From: Bacteroidota bacterium
GTDB taxonomy: Bacteria; Eisenbacteria; RBG-16-71-46; SZUA-252
Assembly: GCA_050257045.1 (NCBI GenBank)
Contig: JBLMWD010000118.1
Span: 34,356 to 98,355, forward strand
Direction of reading: 5' to 3'
DNA length: 64,000 bases
In this document: positions 46,390 to 56,031 of the stretch, in pieces
Numbering within the stretch: the stretch's first letter is position 1
Layout of the letters: the number at the start of each line of letters is the position of its first letter
Notes under the pieces: model-generated
What the model was told of the DNA's origin: nothing
Database searches by the model: none
What the model saw: the letters and a program-made list of their open reading frames with translations, nothing else
Made by a program: the position numbers and the translations under genes

Positions 46390-47394
46390 CTATGGACTTG
46401 CGGCCGCGCGTCGGGACCGGGTCGTGGAGCGGACGGGAACGAGCGCGACGGCGCTGCTCCGCCTCCAGGCCTCGGCAAGGTCCGTCGCGATGAGCGAGGC
46501 CACGCCGGCGTCGCCCCAGTACCCGGTGTGGGAGAGCGGGTTCCATCGCGTCAGCCAGGACCCCACGTCGACGGCGCGGTCTTCCGCGACCGCCTCCGCG
46601 TAGCGCGCGTTGACCGGCTTCAAGGGGTAGCCGATCACGTCGTCGGGGTCGTAGAGGTTCACCCAGCGCGCCCGGAGGTCGGGATGGTGGCGCGCGAGGC
46701 GTCTCGCCGGGAGAGAGACCGGCACGCCGAAGCCCGGATAGCGCAGGCTCCAGAGCGCGATCGGACTTCCCATCGTGTAGACGAGAGAGACGGTCTCCCC
46801 GCGCTCGAGCGGCGTCGATCCGATCCGCGCCCGGACCTCGGGGGCCATGTAGCTCTTCCGCGGCTTCAGGAGATCGTAGAGATAGTTGCTCGCGATCACC
46901 GTGCCGAGGCTGTGCCCGATGACGCAGAGAGGGGCGCGCGCCCCGGCCCGCTCGGCGAGGCGGGCGAACGTGGACGCGACCTCCGCATGGATCGCGTCGT
47001 ACGCCGAGCGGTCGGACTCGGTTGGCTGGTAGGCGATCGCGTCGGCGGCGAAGTCGAGCATGAAGTGACGAAGCGCTTCCCAGCGCAGAGCGTTCCCGCC
47101 GGCGGCCGCCGGGCTGCCGTTTGGGGCCGGGCCGCGCGCGACTCCCTCGAAGATCCCGCTCCGATGACTCATGACCTCCGCTGCCTCGAATCGTGACCAG
47201 AGCCGGTCCTCCGAGGGCTGGAGCGCGCCGCTCCAGTTCACCTCTTCGAAGACGACCTGGGTGGCGGGAACGGAGCACTCGTCTCGGATCGTACGGACGA
47301 AGCGCGCGGCGATCGCGTCCGCGAGCGGACGCGAGTAACCCGGCTCGGTGCGGCCGATGCCGTGGAGGAAGGCAACTGCGATCGGGTGGCTCAT
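46390..47394 (-). CDS. Alpha/beta-hydrolase fold lipase/esterase-like protein
   Basis: AVAFLHGIGRTEPGY (oxyanion region). GHSLGTVIASNYL nucleophile elbow (GxSxG). 335 aa. Confidence 0.65.
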   Translation of the reverse strand: MSHPIAVAFLHGIGRTEPGYSRPLADAIAARFVRTIRDECSVPATQVVFEEVNWSGALQPSEDRLWSRFEAAEVMSHRSGIFEGVARGPAPNGSPAAAGGNALRWEALRHFMLDFAADAIAYQPTESDRSAYDAIHAEVASTFARLAERAGARAPLCVIGHSLGTVIASNYLYDLLKPRKSYMAPEVRARIGSTPLERGETVSLVYTMGSPIALWSLRYPGFGVPVSLPARRLARHHPDLRARWVNLYDPDDVIGYPLKPVNARYAEAVAEDRAVDVGSWLTRWNPLSHTGYWGDAGVASLIATDLAEAWRRSSAVALVPVRSTTRSRRAAASP

Positions 47395-47540
47395 GGTATC
47401 GGGACAAGTATCGGCGGGCGCTCCGAAGACTTGAGCGCTCGAGTCCGGGTGTCCGGGCCCCGAACCCGTCTCGCGGAGAACCGCCAGCTCGATTTCTGGG
47501 TCCCGGGACGAGTTCAGCAACCAGTTGTCATGACGAAGAG

Positions 47541-48419
47541 TCAGAACTCGCCGTCAGAACTCGTTCCAGAGCGAGTCGGCGTGGCGCCGCTCGATCTCTG
47601 TCCGTAGACCTGCGTGAATTCGGCGCCGTAGAAGAAGATCAGCGCCGAGTAGTAGACCCACACGAGAAGCACCACGAGCGAGCCCGCGACGCCGAACGCT
47701 GATCCCACGTTGGCCTTCCCGAGATAGAAGCCGATGGCCGCCTCCCCCGCCACGAAGAGAACAGCGGTGACGAGCCCGCCGACCCAGGCCTCCCGCCAGC
47801 GCACGATCGCCGAGGGGATGAAGCGGAACATGAGCCCGAAGAGCGCGGCGAGCACGGCGGTGGAGACGAAGAAGTTGACCACGCCCCAGAGCGCCGTGCC
47901 GCCGGGGAGGCTTCGCGCGAGATAATCGCCGAGCGCAGCGAGGAGCGCGTTCACGGCGAGTGAAACCACGAGCAGGAACGCAGCGCACATGAGGACCACG
48001 ATCGAGAAGACGTTGTCCTTGAGCCAGCCCCTCACGCCCCCGCCTTTCTTCGCGCGCACGTTCCAGATCGTGTCGAGCGTGTCCTTGAGGTGGCCGAACA
48101 CTCCCGAGGCCCCGAGCAGGAGACTCCCCACGCCGACGAGGGTCGCGGTCGTGCTGCGCCCCTCCTGGTTCATGTGGACCAGGAGGTCGCGGATCGCGGC
48201 GGTTCCCTCGGCGCCGAAGAGCTGCTGGAGGGTGGAGAGAAGTCGTCCCTGCACCGACTCGCGCCCGAAGATCAGCCCGGCGATCCCGATCACGAGCAGG
48301 AGCAGCGGAGGCACCGAGAAGACGGTGTAGTAGGCGAGCGCCGCTCCGAGGCGATCGGCGCGGTCGCGTTTCCAGTCCTGGAAGGCGGCCCAGAAGAGCC
48401 GAGCGATGCGTCCCAACAA
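47541..48419 (-). CDS. YihY/virulence factor BrkB family membrane protein
   Basis: LAYYTVFSVPPLLLLVIGIAGL..., 6 TM helices, C-terminal FYGAEFTQV motif characteristic of YihY/BrkB. Confidence 0.85.
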   Translation of the reverse strand: MLGRIARLFWAAFQDWKRDRADRLGAALAYYTVFSVPPLLLLVIGIAGLIFGRESVQGRLLSTLQQLFGAEGTAAIRDLLVHMNQEGRSTTATLVGVGSLLLGASGVFGHLKDTLDTIWNVRAKKGGGVRGWLKDNVFSIVVLMCAAFLLVVSLAVNALLAALGDYLARSLPGGTALWGVVNFFVSTAVLAALFGLMFRFIPSAIVRWREAWVGGLVTAVLFVAGEAAIGFYLGKANVGSAFGVAGSLVVLLVWVYYSALIFFYGAEFTQVYGQRSSGATPTRSGTSSDGEF

Positions 48420-48420
48420 C

Positions 48421-48466
48421 GAAGCGCTCCTTCCCCCACCGATCGGATGAGGGTAAGGAGCGCTTG
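48421..48466 (-). terminator. Inverted repeat (11-bp stem AAGCGCTCCTT / AAGGAGCGCTT, 24-nt loop) between Ig-protein gene and yihY-like gene; candidate terminator/attenuator that sequesters the yihY RBS
   Basis: Perfect 11-bp complementarity seen directly in the sequence. The distal arm contains AGGAG located 6-10 nt upstream of the yihY-like start codon. Confidence 0.3.
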
Positions 48467-48516
48467 GACGACGCGAAAGCGGAATCGAGCCCTGGGCAAC
48501 CTCTCTTCTACTTCTA

Positions 48517-51207
48517 CTACTTCAATATTGTGAACCTCCCCTGGGACGACGCCTCGGACGCGTCGATGCGGTAGAAGTAGACTCCGGAGGCCAGCGGCGA
48601 CCCCGTCTCCGAGCGTCCGTCGATCCGGACCTCGTGGCGGCCCGCGGCCGTCTCGGCGTCATACGCCGTCCGGACCAGGCGCCCCGCCAGGTCAAAGACC
48701 TGGACACGCACCCGTCCTGCCTTCGACGTCTGGAACGACAGCACCGCCTCGGGATTCAGCGGATTCGGCGCGATCGAGGCGGCGAGCTGCCCCGACCCGT
48801 TCACGACCTCGATCGAGAGGTCGCCGGTGAAGGACCCGCCGGTCATCAGATTTCCGCGAACCGTGACCGTCACCGTGTTCGTCCCCGCCGGGAAGCCGAG
48901 GCTGGCGAAATCGGATACGGCGAAGCAGACCTCGAGATCCGGCACACCGTTGCCGTCGGTGTCCGAAATCACCGCTCCCTTCGAGGCGAGGGCGTTCACG
49001 AAGGCGCCGTTGTACCCGAGCTGAACCGTGGAGAGGTCGACGTTTTCGAGCAGGAAGTCTCCGGCGATCGGCTCGACCTGGGCGCACCAGGTCCGTCCGG
49101 ACTGCGCGCTCGCGATCCGAATTCTCCGGAACCGGTTCTTCGCGACGAAGACCCGTGCCTGGACCTGATTCTGGATCGTGACCGGCGCCGTGTCGGAGCC
49201 GGTGAGGAATCCGTCGGAGACGGTGAGCGTGGCCGTGTACGACCCCGCCACCGCATACGTGTGCTGCGGCGTCGGACCGACACCGGTGGCGCCGTCTCCG
49301 AACGCCCAGGAGTAGGCGAGCTGGTCGCCGTTCGGGTCGGACGACCCCGTCCCGTCGAACGCGATCTGCGCGTGCACCAGCCCCGAATAAGGACCGCCCG
49401 CCTCGGCGACCGGCGGCAGGTTGGTGCCGCTCTGGCTGACGGTGATCTGGGTGGTGGCCGAGCCGCTCAACGCATTCGTGGCCGTGAACACGACGTTGAA
49501 GACGCCGGTCTGGCCCGGTGTCGGAGTCCAGTCGAACGTGCCCGAGGTGTGCGACGCGTTCGTGCTGAACGTCGATCCGACCGGGGCGCCATACGTGCCG
49601 AACGAGACGATCGCGTCGCCGTCCGGATCGATGGCGGTCACGGTGAATTCGATCAGGGTTCCCACCGCGCCCGACACCGAGAGGGGCGCCGTGACGACGG
49701 GAGCGCGATCGAAGCAGGCGACGTAGACATTGGTGGTTCTGGCGCCGGTCATGCTATTCGCCGCTGTGAACGTGAAGTTCCAGCTCCCCTCGGAGCTGAA
49801 GGAAGGTGTCCAGCTGAAGGTGCCCGACGTGTTCGTGGCGTTCACGGTGAAGGAGAAGTTCGTCGACGGCACCGGGTACACGGTCAGACTGGAAATGGCG
49901 TCCCCGTCGGGATCGGAGGCGGAGACCGTGAAGGTCAGGTTGCTGAGCGGACAGACCGTCAGGAAACCCGGCGCGGTGACGACCGGGGCGCGGTCGACGT
50001 TGGAGATCGAGAACGTCGTGGTCGCCGATCCAGTGAGCGTCGCCGTCGCGGTGAACGTCACGGCGTACGTGCCGGCCTGGTCGTATCCGGGCGTCCAGGC
50101 GAACGTCCCCGACGTGTTCGTCGCGTCGGTCGTGAACGCCGCGCCGGCCGGAAGGGGCGAGGCGGCGAGCTGGACGATCGGCTCGCCGTCCGGAGTCGAA
50201 GCGGTCACCACGAACGTGATAGGTGTCCCTTCCGGTCCCGAGACCGTGGCCGGGGCGGCGACGACCGGGGTCGCGGAGCAGGCGCCGACGTCGATCGCGG
50301 TGCTGGCTGAGCCGGAGAGCGCGTTCGCGGCCGTGAACGTCACGTTGTAGGAGCCTTCCTGCCCCGAAGCGGGGGTCCAGGCGAAAGTCCCCGAGGTCAG
50401 GGCAGCGTTCGTCACGAACGTGGCGCCCGAGGGGATCGGAGCCGCCGTGAGCGACGTGATCGGGTCGCCGTCCGGATCGGACGCGATGACGTCGAACGAG
50501 AGCGCGCTGCCTGCGCAGGTCGAGACGCTCGCGGGCGCCGACACGACCGGCGCGTGCGGCACGTCACGGACCGTGATGTACGTCGTCCCCGAGCCGATCT
50601 GCAGGTTCATGGCCACGAACGTCACCCGGTAGAGCCCCGCCTGACTGAACGTCGGGAGCCAGGAGAACGTTCCGAACTGCTTCGCCGCGTCCACCGTGAA
50701 GATGGCGTTCGCCGGGAGCGCGGACGTGTTCCAGGCGGTGATCGCCTCGCCGTCCGGATCGGAGGCGCTCACGGTGAACGTAAGGAGCGCCTGCTCGTCG
50801 GTCGAGGCGGTCGGCGGCGCGTTCACGACGGGCACGGAATTCCCCGCCGCGTAGATCTGAAGGAAAACCGTGGCGGAGCCGGAGAGCGAATTCGAGGCGG
50901 TGAAGGTGACGTTCGTCTGTCCCGCCGCCGACGGAGTCCACTGGAACGTGCCCGACGTGTGCGTGGCGTCCGACGTGAACGTCGCTCCCGAGGGAAGCGG
51001 CGATCCGGTGAGCGAGGCGATGGCGTCGCCGTCGGGATCCGAGGCCAGCAGCACGAAGCTCACGGGCACCCCGGCGTTACCGTAGACGCCGGTGGGCGCG
51101 AGCACGACGGGGGCCCGGTCCTGGGCGTGCGCGACGAGCGGGAGCAGGAACAGGGCGGCGATCGCCGCGGCGGAAGCGAGCAGGCAGGCTCGCGGGGAGC
51201 GGATCAT
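48517..51207 (-). CDS. Surface protein with six tandem cadherin-like/putative-Ig (He_PIG-type) repeats, a PKD domain and T9SS type-A C-terminal sorting domain
   Basis: Signal peptide MIRSPRACLLASAAAIAALFLLPLVAHA. 6x units of about 95 aa (APVVxAP...F.V.ASDPDGDxIxSL...P.GATF...TSGTFxWTP...G.Y.VTFTA.N.LSGSA). PKD: AEAGGPYSG...SSDPNGDQLAYSWAFGDG. C-terminal domain: IAPNPLNPEAVLSFQTSKAGRVRVQVFDLAGRLVRTAY...ASGVYFYRIDASEASSQGRFTILK. Confidence 0.8.
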   Translation of the reverse strand: MIRSPRACLLASAAAIAALFLLPLVAHAQDRAPVVLAPTGVYGNAGVPVSFVLLASDPDGDAIASLTGSPLPSGATFTSDATHTSGTFQWTPSAAGQTNVTFTASNSLSGSATVFLQIYAAGNSVPVVNAPPTASTDEQALLTFTVSASDPDGEAITAWNTSALPANAIFTVDAAKQFGTFSWLPTFSQAGLYRVTFVAMNLQIGSGTTYITVRDVPHAPVVSAPASVSTCAGSALSFDVIASDPDGDPITSLTAAPIPSGATFVTNAALTSGTFAWTPASGQEGSYNVTFTAANALSGSASTAIDVGACSATPVVAAPATVSGPEGTPITFVVTASTPDGEPIVQLAASPLPAGAAFTTDATNTSGTFAWTPGYDQAGTYAVTFTATATLTGSATTTFSISNVDRAPVVTAPGFLTVCPLSNLTFTVSASDPDGDAISSLTVYPVPSTNFSFTVNATNTSGTFSWTPSFSSEGSWNFTFTAANSMTGARTTNVYVACFDRAPVVTAPLSVSGAVGTLIEFTVTAIDPDGDAIVSFGTYGAPVGSTFSTNASHTSGTFDWTPTPGQTGVFNVVFTATNALSGSATTQITVSQSGTNLPPVAEAGGPYSGLVHAQIAFDGTGSSDPNGDQLAYSWAFGDGATGVGPTPQHTYAVAGSYTATLTVSDGFLTGSDTAPVTIQNQVQARVFVAKNRFRRIRIASAQSGRTWCAQVEPIAGDFLLENVDLSTVQLGYNGAFVNALASKGAVISDTDGNGVPDLEVCFAVSDFASLGFPAGTNTVTVTVRGNLMTGGSFTGDLSIEVVNGSGQLAASIAPNPLNPEAVLSFQTSKAGRVRVQVFDLAGRLVRTAYDAETAAGRHEVRIDGRSETGSPLASGVYFYRIDASEASSQGRFTILK

Positions 51208-51360
51208 GGGGGGGGCCATTCCTTTCCGGACTCCGTGTCCTCGGTCGAGGTGGAGCTGTGGAGGGCCCATGCGCGACGGGGGGAGAACGGCTCGAGGTCG
51301 AGTCGGCGCGGTCACGGATGTTCCCTCTTGCCTGGGCGGCGAAATGCGCCCGATCGCAGG

Positions 51361-52914
51361 CTACACCTCCCGGGGTCCGGAAGGCAACCGGCCTTCGTGG
51401 ATCGCCCGGATCGTTTCCAGGCTGTCGGCCTGGTCCGCCGTCTTGTCCGGACGGTAGCGCTTCACCCGCGCGAAGCGGAGCGCGAGGCCGGCAGGATAGT
51501 GTGGGCTCTCCTGCACGTCGTTGAACGCGACCTCGACCACCTGCTCGGGACGAAGCTGCACCGTGTAGCCGTCGGTGGCGACGGCGAGCTCCTGGAAGCG
51601 CTTCGTCTGCCAGGCGAGCATCTCGTCGGTCATCCCCTTGAACGTCTTCCCGAGCATGACGAATCCGCCGGAAACGGGATCGCGCGCGCCGAGGTGGATG
51701 TTGCTGAGCGTTCCCGCGCGCCGGCCGTGCCCCCACTCCGCTGCGAGCACGACGAGGTCGAGCGTGTGCGCCTCCTTCACCTTGAGCCACGAGAAGCCGC
51801 GACGGCCGGCTTCGTAGGGGGCGCCGGGCGCCTTCGCCATGAGCCCTTCGTGGCCCCGGGCGAGCGCCTCGCGCAGGAACGCGTCGGCGGTGGCGGGGTC
51901 CGCGGTGAGGCGGCGCGGCACGGCGAGCCCGGGCGCGAGGAGCTCGAGCGCGCCGAAGCGCTCGCGGCCGGGCGCGTCGAAGAGGTCTTCGCCATCCATG
52001 CGGAGGACGTCGAAGAAGAAGGGCGTGAGCGGAAGCTCCGCGCGGAGCTTCTCGACGTCGAGGCGACGGCCGAAGCGGCGCATCGTGACCTGGAAGGGAT
52101 GCGGGCGCCCATCCTCGCGGAGCGCGATCGCCTCGCCGTCCAGGATGAGCTCGCGCGCGGGGAGCGCGCGCGCCGTCTCGACCAGCTCGGGGACCGCGAC
52201 CGTCACGTCGTTCATCCGGCGCGAGAAGACGCGAACCTCATCGACCTCCTTGTGGACCTGCACGCGCGCGCCGTCGAGCTTGTACTCGAGCGCCGCCTCG
52301 CCGAGCCGCTCGAGCGCGGCGTCGAGATCCTCGGCCGGCTGCGCGAGCATCGGCTGGATCGGGCGGAACATCTCGACCCGGAACCGCGCGAGCGCTCCGC
52401 GTCCCTCATGGAGCACCGCGCGCGCGACCGCCTCGGGATCGCCCGAGAGCATCGTCGCGCGGCGGATCTCGGCCGCGGGAATGTCCGTCGCCCTGGCGAG
52501 CGCCTCCTCCATCACGCCGGCGAGCGCTCCCTGGCGGAGCTCGCCGAGGAGCATGCGCGCGAGGAAGTCCTGCTCCCCCGCCGTCGCGCGCGCGAAGAGA
52601 TCGGCGAGCCGGCGGCGGCGCTCCCCGGCCGAGCCCGCGCCGGCGAGGGCGGCGACACGCGCGAGCGCGTCGTCCGTCGCGGCGAGCGTGAGCGAGGGCT
52701 CGGCGGCCGCCGCTTCCCCGCGCACGCCGTAGACCGCGGCGCCTCCGATGCCGAGCCGCGCCTGCCTCGGATGACCCGAGAGATAGGCCACACCGATCTC
52801 GATCTCGTCGCCCTGGAGGCGCCGGAGGAGCGCCGCGAGGAGCGAGGCCTTGGTGGAGCGCGCGCCGGTCGCGGCGACGTCGCGCGAGGCGCTGGCGAGC
52901 TCGGCGAGGAGCAT
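51361..52914 (-). CDS. ATP-dependent DNA ligase
   Basis: MLLAELASAS... N-terminal DNA-binding domain. Motif I EYKLDGAR (KxDG), motif ...FFFDVLRMDG..., EGLMAK (motif IV/V). OB-fold C-terminus. Confidence 0.85.
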   Translation of the reverse strand: MLLAELASASRDVAATGARSTKASLLAALLRRLQGDEIEIGVAYLSGHPRQARLGIGGAAVYGVRGEAAAAEPSLTLAATDDALARVAALAGAGSAGERRRRLADLFARATAGEQDFLARMLLGELRQGALAGVMEEALARATDIPAAEIRRATMLSGDPEAVARAVLHEGRGALARFRVEMFRPIQPMLAQPAEDLDAALERLGEAALEYKLDGARVQVHKEVDEVRVFSRRMNDVTVAVPELVETARALPARELILDGEAIALREDGRPHPFQVTMRRFGRRLDVEKLRAELPLTPFFFDVLRMDGEDLFDAPGRERFGALELLAPGLAVPRRLTADPATADAFLREALARGHEGLMAKAPGAPYEAGRRGFSWLKVKEAHTLDLVVLAAEWGHGRRAGTLSNIHLGARDPVSGGFVMLGKTFKGMTDEMLAWQTKRFQELAVATDGYTVQLRPEQVVEVAFNDVQESPHYPAGLALRFARVKRYRPDKTADQADSLETIRAIHEGRLPSGPREV

Positions 52915-52995
52915 CGAGAGATTATACGTCGCTCCGTTTGACCTCCTCCCCTGTCCGGAGTAGCGTCTACGTGGGGTGGGACACAAGGAGGTTCC

Positions 52996-53565
52996 ATGAT
53001 CCGGTGGCTTCGGATCGCTCTCGCCGCGTGCCTGCTCCTCGCCCCGACCTCCGCGCGCGCCTTTCCGATCCGCATCGACTTCACCTTGAATCGCTCGTAC
53101 GCATTTCTGCCGCCGGAGGACCGCACCCCGGCGTACGGGTCCGGCTGGTTCATCCTCGACACCGACCTGCTCACGCAGAACGGCGCCGCCACGTACACGC
53201 TGCCCGCCCTTGTCCTCGAGGATTTCCACATGAGCTACGGGAGCGACCAGTGGCGTCTCCCCGATCTCGGCTCGCTCCATGTCGACTGGAATCCGGCGAT
53301 CCCGATGGATCGGCTCTACCAGGCTGATTGGGGACCGTTCTGCGGGTGGAGCCTGGCCGGGAGCGACTGGTGGATCCATGGCGGCGACCGGCCGACGTTG
53401 GCGGGCGGTTATCTCGACGCCGAATACGTCGACGTGATGTGGAATATCTCGCCGGTCGTGCTCGCGATGCCCGAGCCTCCGAGCGGAGTATTCCTGCTCC
53501 TTGGGCTCCTGGCGATCGGGCTCATGAGCCGGCGTCGGAGGCCCGCGACGGGACCGGCCGTCTGA
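52996..53565 (+). CDS. PEP-CTERM sorting domain-containing secreted protein
   Basis: Signal peptide MIRWLRIALAACLLLAPTSARA. C-terminus PEPPSGVFLLLGLLAIGLMSRRRR is a PEP motif plus TM helix plus Arg cluster, the exosortase recognition signal. Confidence 0.75.
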   Translation: MIRWLRIALAACLLLAPTSARAFPIRIDFTLNRSYAFLPPEDRTPAYGSGWFILDTDLLTQNGAATYTLPALVLEDFHMSYGSDQWRLPDLGSLHVDWNPAIPMDRLYQADWGPFCGWSLAGSDWWIHGGDRPTLAGGYLDAEYVDVMWNISPVVLAMPEPPSGVFLLLGLLAIGLMSRRRRPATGPAV

Positions 53566-53581
53566 GGTACGATCGCGGGGC

Positions 53582-54340
53582 ATGTCCGAGCCCGCGGCTC
53601 CCATCGAGCTGGACGGCGTCCTCAAGCGCTTCGGCGAAACCACGGCGCTCGATCTCCCGCGCCTGACGGTCGCGCCGCGGACCACCCTCGCCGTGGTCGG
53701 TCCGAGCGGGTGCGGGAAGAGCACCCTCCTCCGCCTCGTCGTGGGCCTCCTCGCCCCCGACCGCGGCACCGTCCGTGTCGCCGGCGTTCCCATGACGCCC
53801 GCGACACGCCCCGCGCTCCTCCTCCGGATCGGCTACGTCATCCAGGAAGGGGGCCTCTTCCCCCATCTCACAGCGGCCGCCAACGTCACGATCGCGGCCG
53901 AGGACCGGGGCTGGCCGCGCGAGCGCCGCGAGGCGCGCCTCGGCGAGCTGCTCGAGCTCACGCAGATGCCGCGCGCGCTCCTCGCGCGCCACCCAGCCGA
54001 GCTGAGCGGCGGTCAGCGGCAGCGCGTCGCGCTCATGCGCGCCCTGATGCTCGACCCCGAGGTGGTGCTTCTCGACGAGCCGCTCGCCGCGCTCGATCCC
54101 ATGATCCGCGCCGACCTCCAGCGCGATCTCCGCCGCGTCTTCGAGCGCCTCCACAAGACGGTCCTCTTCGTGACCCACGACGTCGGCGAGGCCACGACGG
54201 TGGGCGACGAGATCGTCGTGATGCGTGACGGGAAGATCGTCCAGCGAGGCGGATTCCGCGACCTCATCGAGCGCCCGGCCGATCCCTTCGTGACCGCGTT
54301 CCTCACGGCGCAGCGGCCGGCCGCGTGGAGCGGAGCGTGA
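53582..54340 (+). CDS. ABC transporter ATP-binding protein, QAT (quaternary-amine/osmoprotectant) family
   Basis: Walker A GPSGCGKST, signature LSGGQRQRVALMRAL, Walker B VVLLDEP, H-loop VTHD. 252 aa, no CBS domains. Confidence 0.9.
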   Translation: MSEPAAPIELDGVLKRFGETTALDLPRLTVAPRTTLAVVGPSGCGKSTLLRLVVGLLAPDRGTVRVAGVPMTPATRPALLLRIGYVIQEGGLFPHLTAAANVTIAAEDRGWPRERREARLGELLELTQMPRALLARHPAELSGGQRQRVALMRALMLDPEVVLLDEPLAALDPMIRADLQRDLRRVFERLHKTVLFVTHDVGEATTVGDEIVVMRDGKIVQRGGFRDLIERPADPFVTAFLTAQRPAAWSGA

Positions 54341-56031
54341 GCCGCCGCGCCGCCCCCACATCCGTCGCGGCCCGCGCGCTCGTGGCCGCCCTGTGCCTCG
54401 CGCCCATCGCGACCCGAGCGCCCGCGGCGGCTGCCGCCGGCCGAGGCGTCACGATCGGCTCGAAGGCCTTCGCCGAGTCGTGGATCCTGGGCGATGCGCT
54501 CGCCTCGGAGATGCGCGCCGCCGGCGTGCCGCGCGTGGAGCACCGGCGGAACCTGGGCGGAACGGAGATCGTCCTCCAGGCGCTCCGCTCGGGCGACGTC
54601 GACGTCTATCCCGAGTACACGGGGACGATCCAGGAAGTGATCGTGAAGAGCCCGGGCACGACCGATCCGGAGGCGATGCGGCGCGCCCTGGCCGCGCTCG
54701 GTCTCGGGATGAGCGATCCGATCGGATTCGACGACAGCTACGCGGTCGCGGTCACGCCGGCGGCGGCCGAGCGCTACGGCCTGCACACCATCTCCGACCT
54801 CGCGAAACACCCCGAGATTCGGCTCGGGCTCACGCACGAGTTCCTGGGTCGTGCGGACGGCTTCCCCGGCCTCGCCGCGCGCTACGGCCTCTCGAACCGG
54901 AACGTGACCGGGATCCAGCACGAGCTCGCCTATGCGGCGCTCATGAGCGGCAGGATCGACGGAACCGACATCTACACGACCGACGCCCAGATCGAGCGGC
55001 TCGGGCTCCGCATCCTCGAGGACGACCGGCGATTCTTCCCGCGCTACGATGCGGTCTGGCTCTACCGGATCGACCTCGCGCGGCGCGAGCCGCGCGCGAT
55101 GCAGGCGATCCGACGGCTCACGGGGACCATCGACCGGGCGCGAATGATCCGCGCCAACGCGCGGGTGGTGCTCGGGGGTGTGAGCGCGGAGATGTCGGCG
55201 GACTCGCTTCTGGACGAGATTGGGGCGCCGGCAGCGGGCGGCGCCGGGGCGCCTGGAAACGCGGGTGCGTCGGGAGTCGTACCCGTTTCGCGCGCCGGCA
55301 CCAGCCGCGCGATCTCGATTGCGCGGAATACGGCGCAGCATCTGAAACTAGTGGCGCTCTCTCTTCTAGCCGCTGTTCTCATCGGCATTCCCCTCGGCAT
55401 CGCCGCCGCGCGCTCGCGCTGGATCGGCGGCACGGTGCTGGCCGTGACCGGCCTCGCGCAGACCATCCCCTCGCTTGCGCTCCTCGCCGTGCTCATCCCA
55501 CTCCTCGGGATCGGCGTGCTCCCGGCACTGGTCGCGCTCTTCATCTACAGCCTTCTGCCGATCGTCCGGAACACGTACGTGGGCCTCACCACCATCCCCC
55601 CGCCGCTCCTCGAATCGGCCTCCTGCCTCCCTCTTTCCGGCCGCACCCAGCTCCTCCGGATCCGCCTCCCGCTCGCCGCGCCCGCCATCCTGGCCGGCAT
55701 CCGGACGAGCGCCGTGATCAACGTGGGGTCGGCCACGCTGGCCGCCCTGATCGGCGCCGGAGGCCTGGGGGAGCCGATCCTGACCGGCATCCAGCTCCGC
55801 CGGACCGACCTGATCCTGGAAGGGGCGGTCCCGGCAGCCCTCCTCGCCCTCCTCGTGGAGCGGGGGTTCGATTGGATCGAACGGTTGGCCGTCCCGAGAG
55901 GGCTCCGGCCGGCGGCTTCGGCCCGCCGGGGGTTGGGGAGACAGGCCCCGCCCGATTCGTCTAGAATCGGGGGCGATTCCACCCTGGAGGCTGACCATGA
56001 CAAGCACGCTCCGATCGAGCGAAACCCCTGA
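54325..56031 (+). CDS. Fused quaternary-amine ABC transporter substrate-binding domain (N-terminal) and permease (C-terminal)
   Basis: N-terminal OpuAC-like SBP (GSKAFAESWILGDALASE...VDVYPEYTGT...). C-terminal 6-TM BPD permease with EAA-like loop (ESASCLPLSGRTQLLRIRLPLAAPAILAG). Overlaps both the upstream ATPase and downstream egtB. Confidence 0.85.
   Translation: MERSVSRRAAPTSVAARALVAALCLAPIATRAPAAAAAGRGVTIGSKAFAESWILGDALASEMRAAGVPRVEHRRNLGGTEIVLQALRSGDVDVYPEYTGTIQEVIVKSPGTTDPEAMRRALAALGLGMSDPIGFDDSYAVAVTPAAAERYGLHTISDLAKHPEIRLGLTHEFLGRADGFPGLAARYGLSNRNVTGIQHELAYAALMSGRIDGTDIYTTDAQIERLGLRILEDDRRFFPRYDAVWLYRIDLARREPRAMQAIRRLTGTIDRARMIRANARVVLGGVSAEMSADSLLDEIGAPAAGGAGAPGNAGASGVVPVSRAGTSRAISIARNTAQHLKLVALSLLAAVLIGIPLGIAAARSRWIGGTVLAVTGLAQTIPSLALLAVLIPLLGIGVLPALVALFIYSLLPIVRNTYVGLTTIPPPLLESASCLPLSGRTQLLRIRLPLAAPAILAGIRTSAVINVGSATLAALIGAGGLGEPILTGIQLRRTDLILEGAVPAALLALLVERGFDWIERLAVPRGLRPAASARRGLGRQAPPDSSRIGGDSTLEADHDKHAPIERNP

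Noticed and set aside
50554-52941. 795-aa plus-strand ORF across the cadherin-like and ligase genes
   Set aside because: This is an Arg/Glu-rich artefact antisense to two well-supported minus-strand genes.
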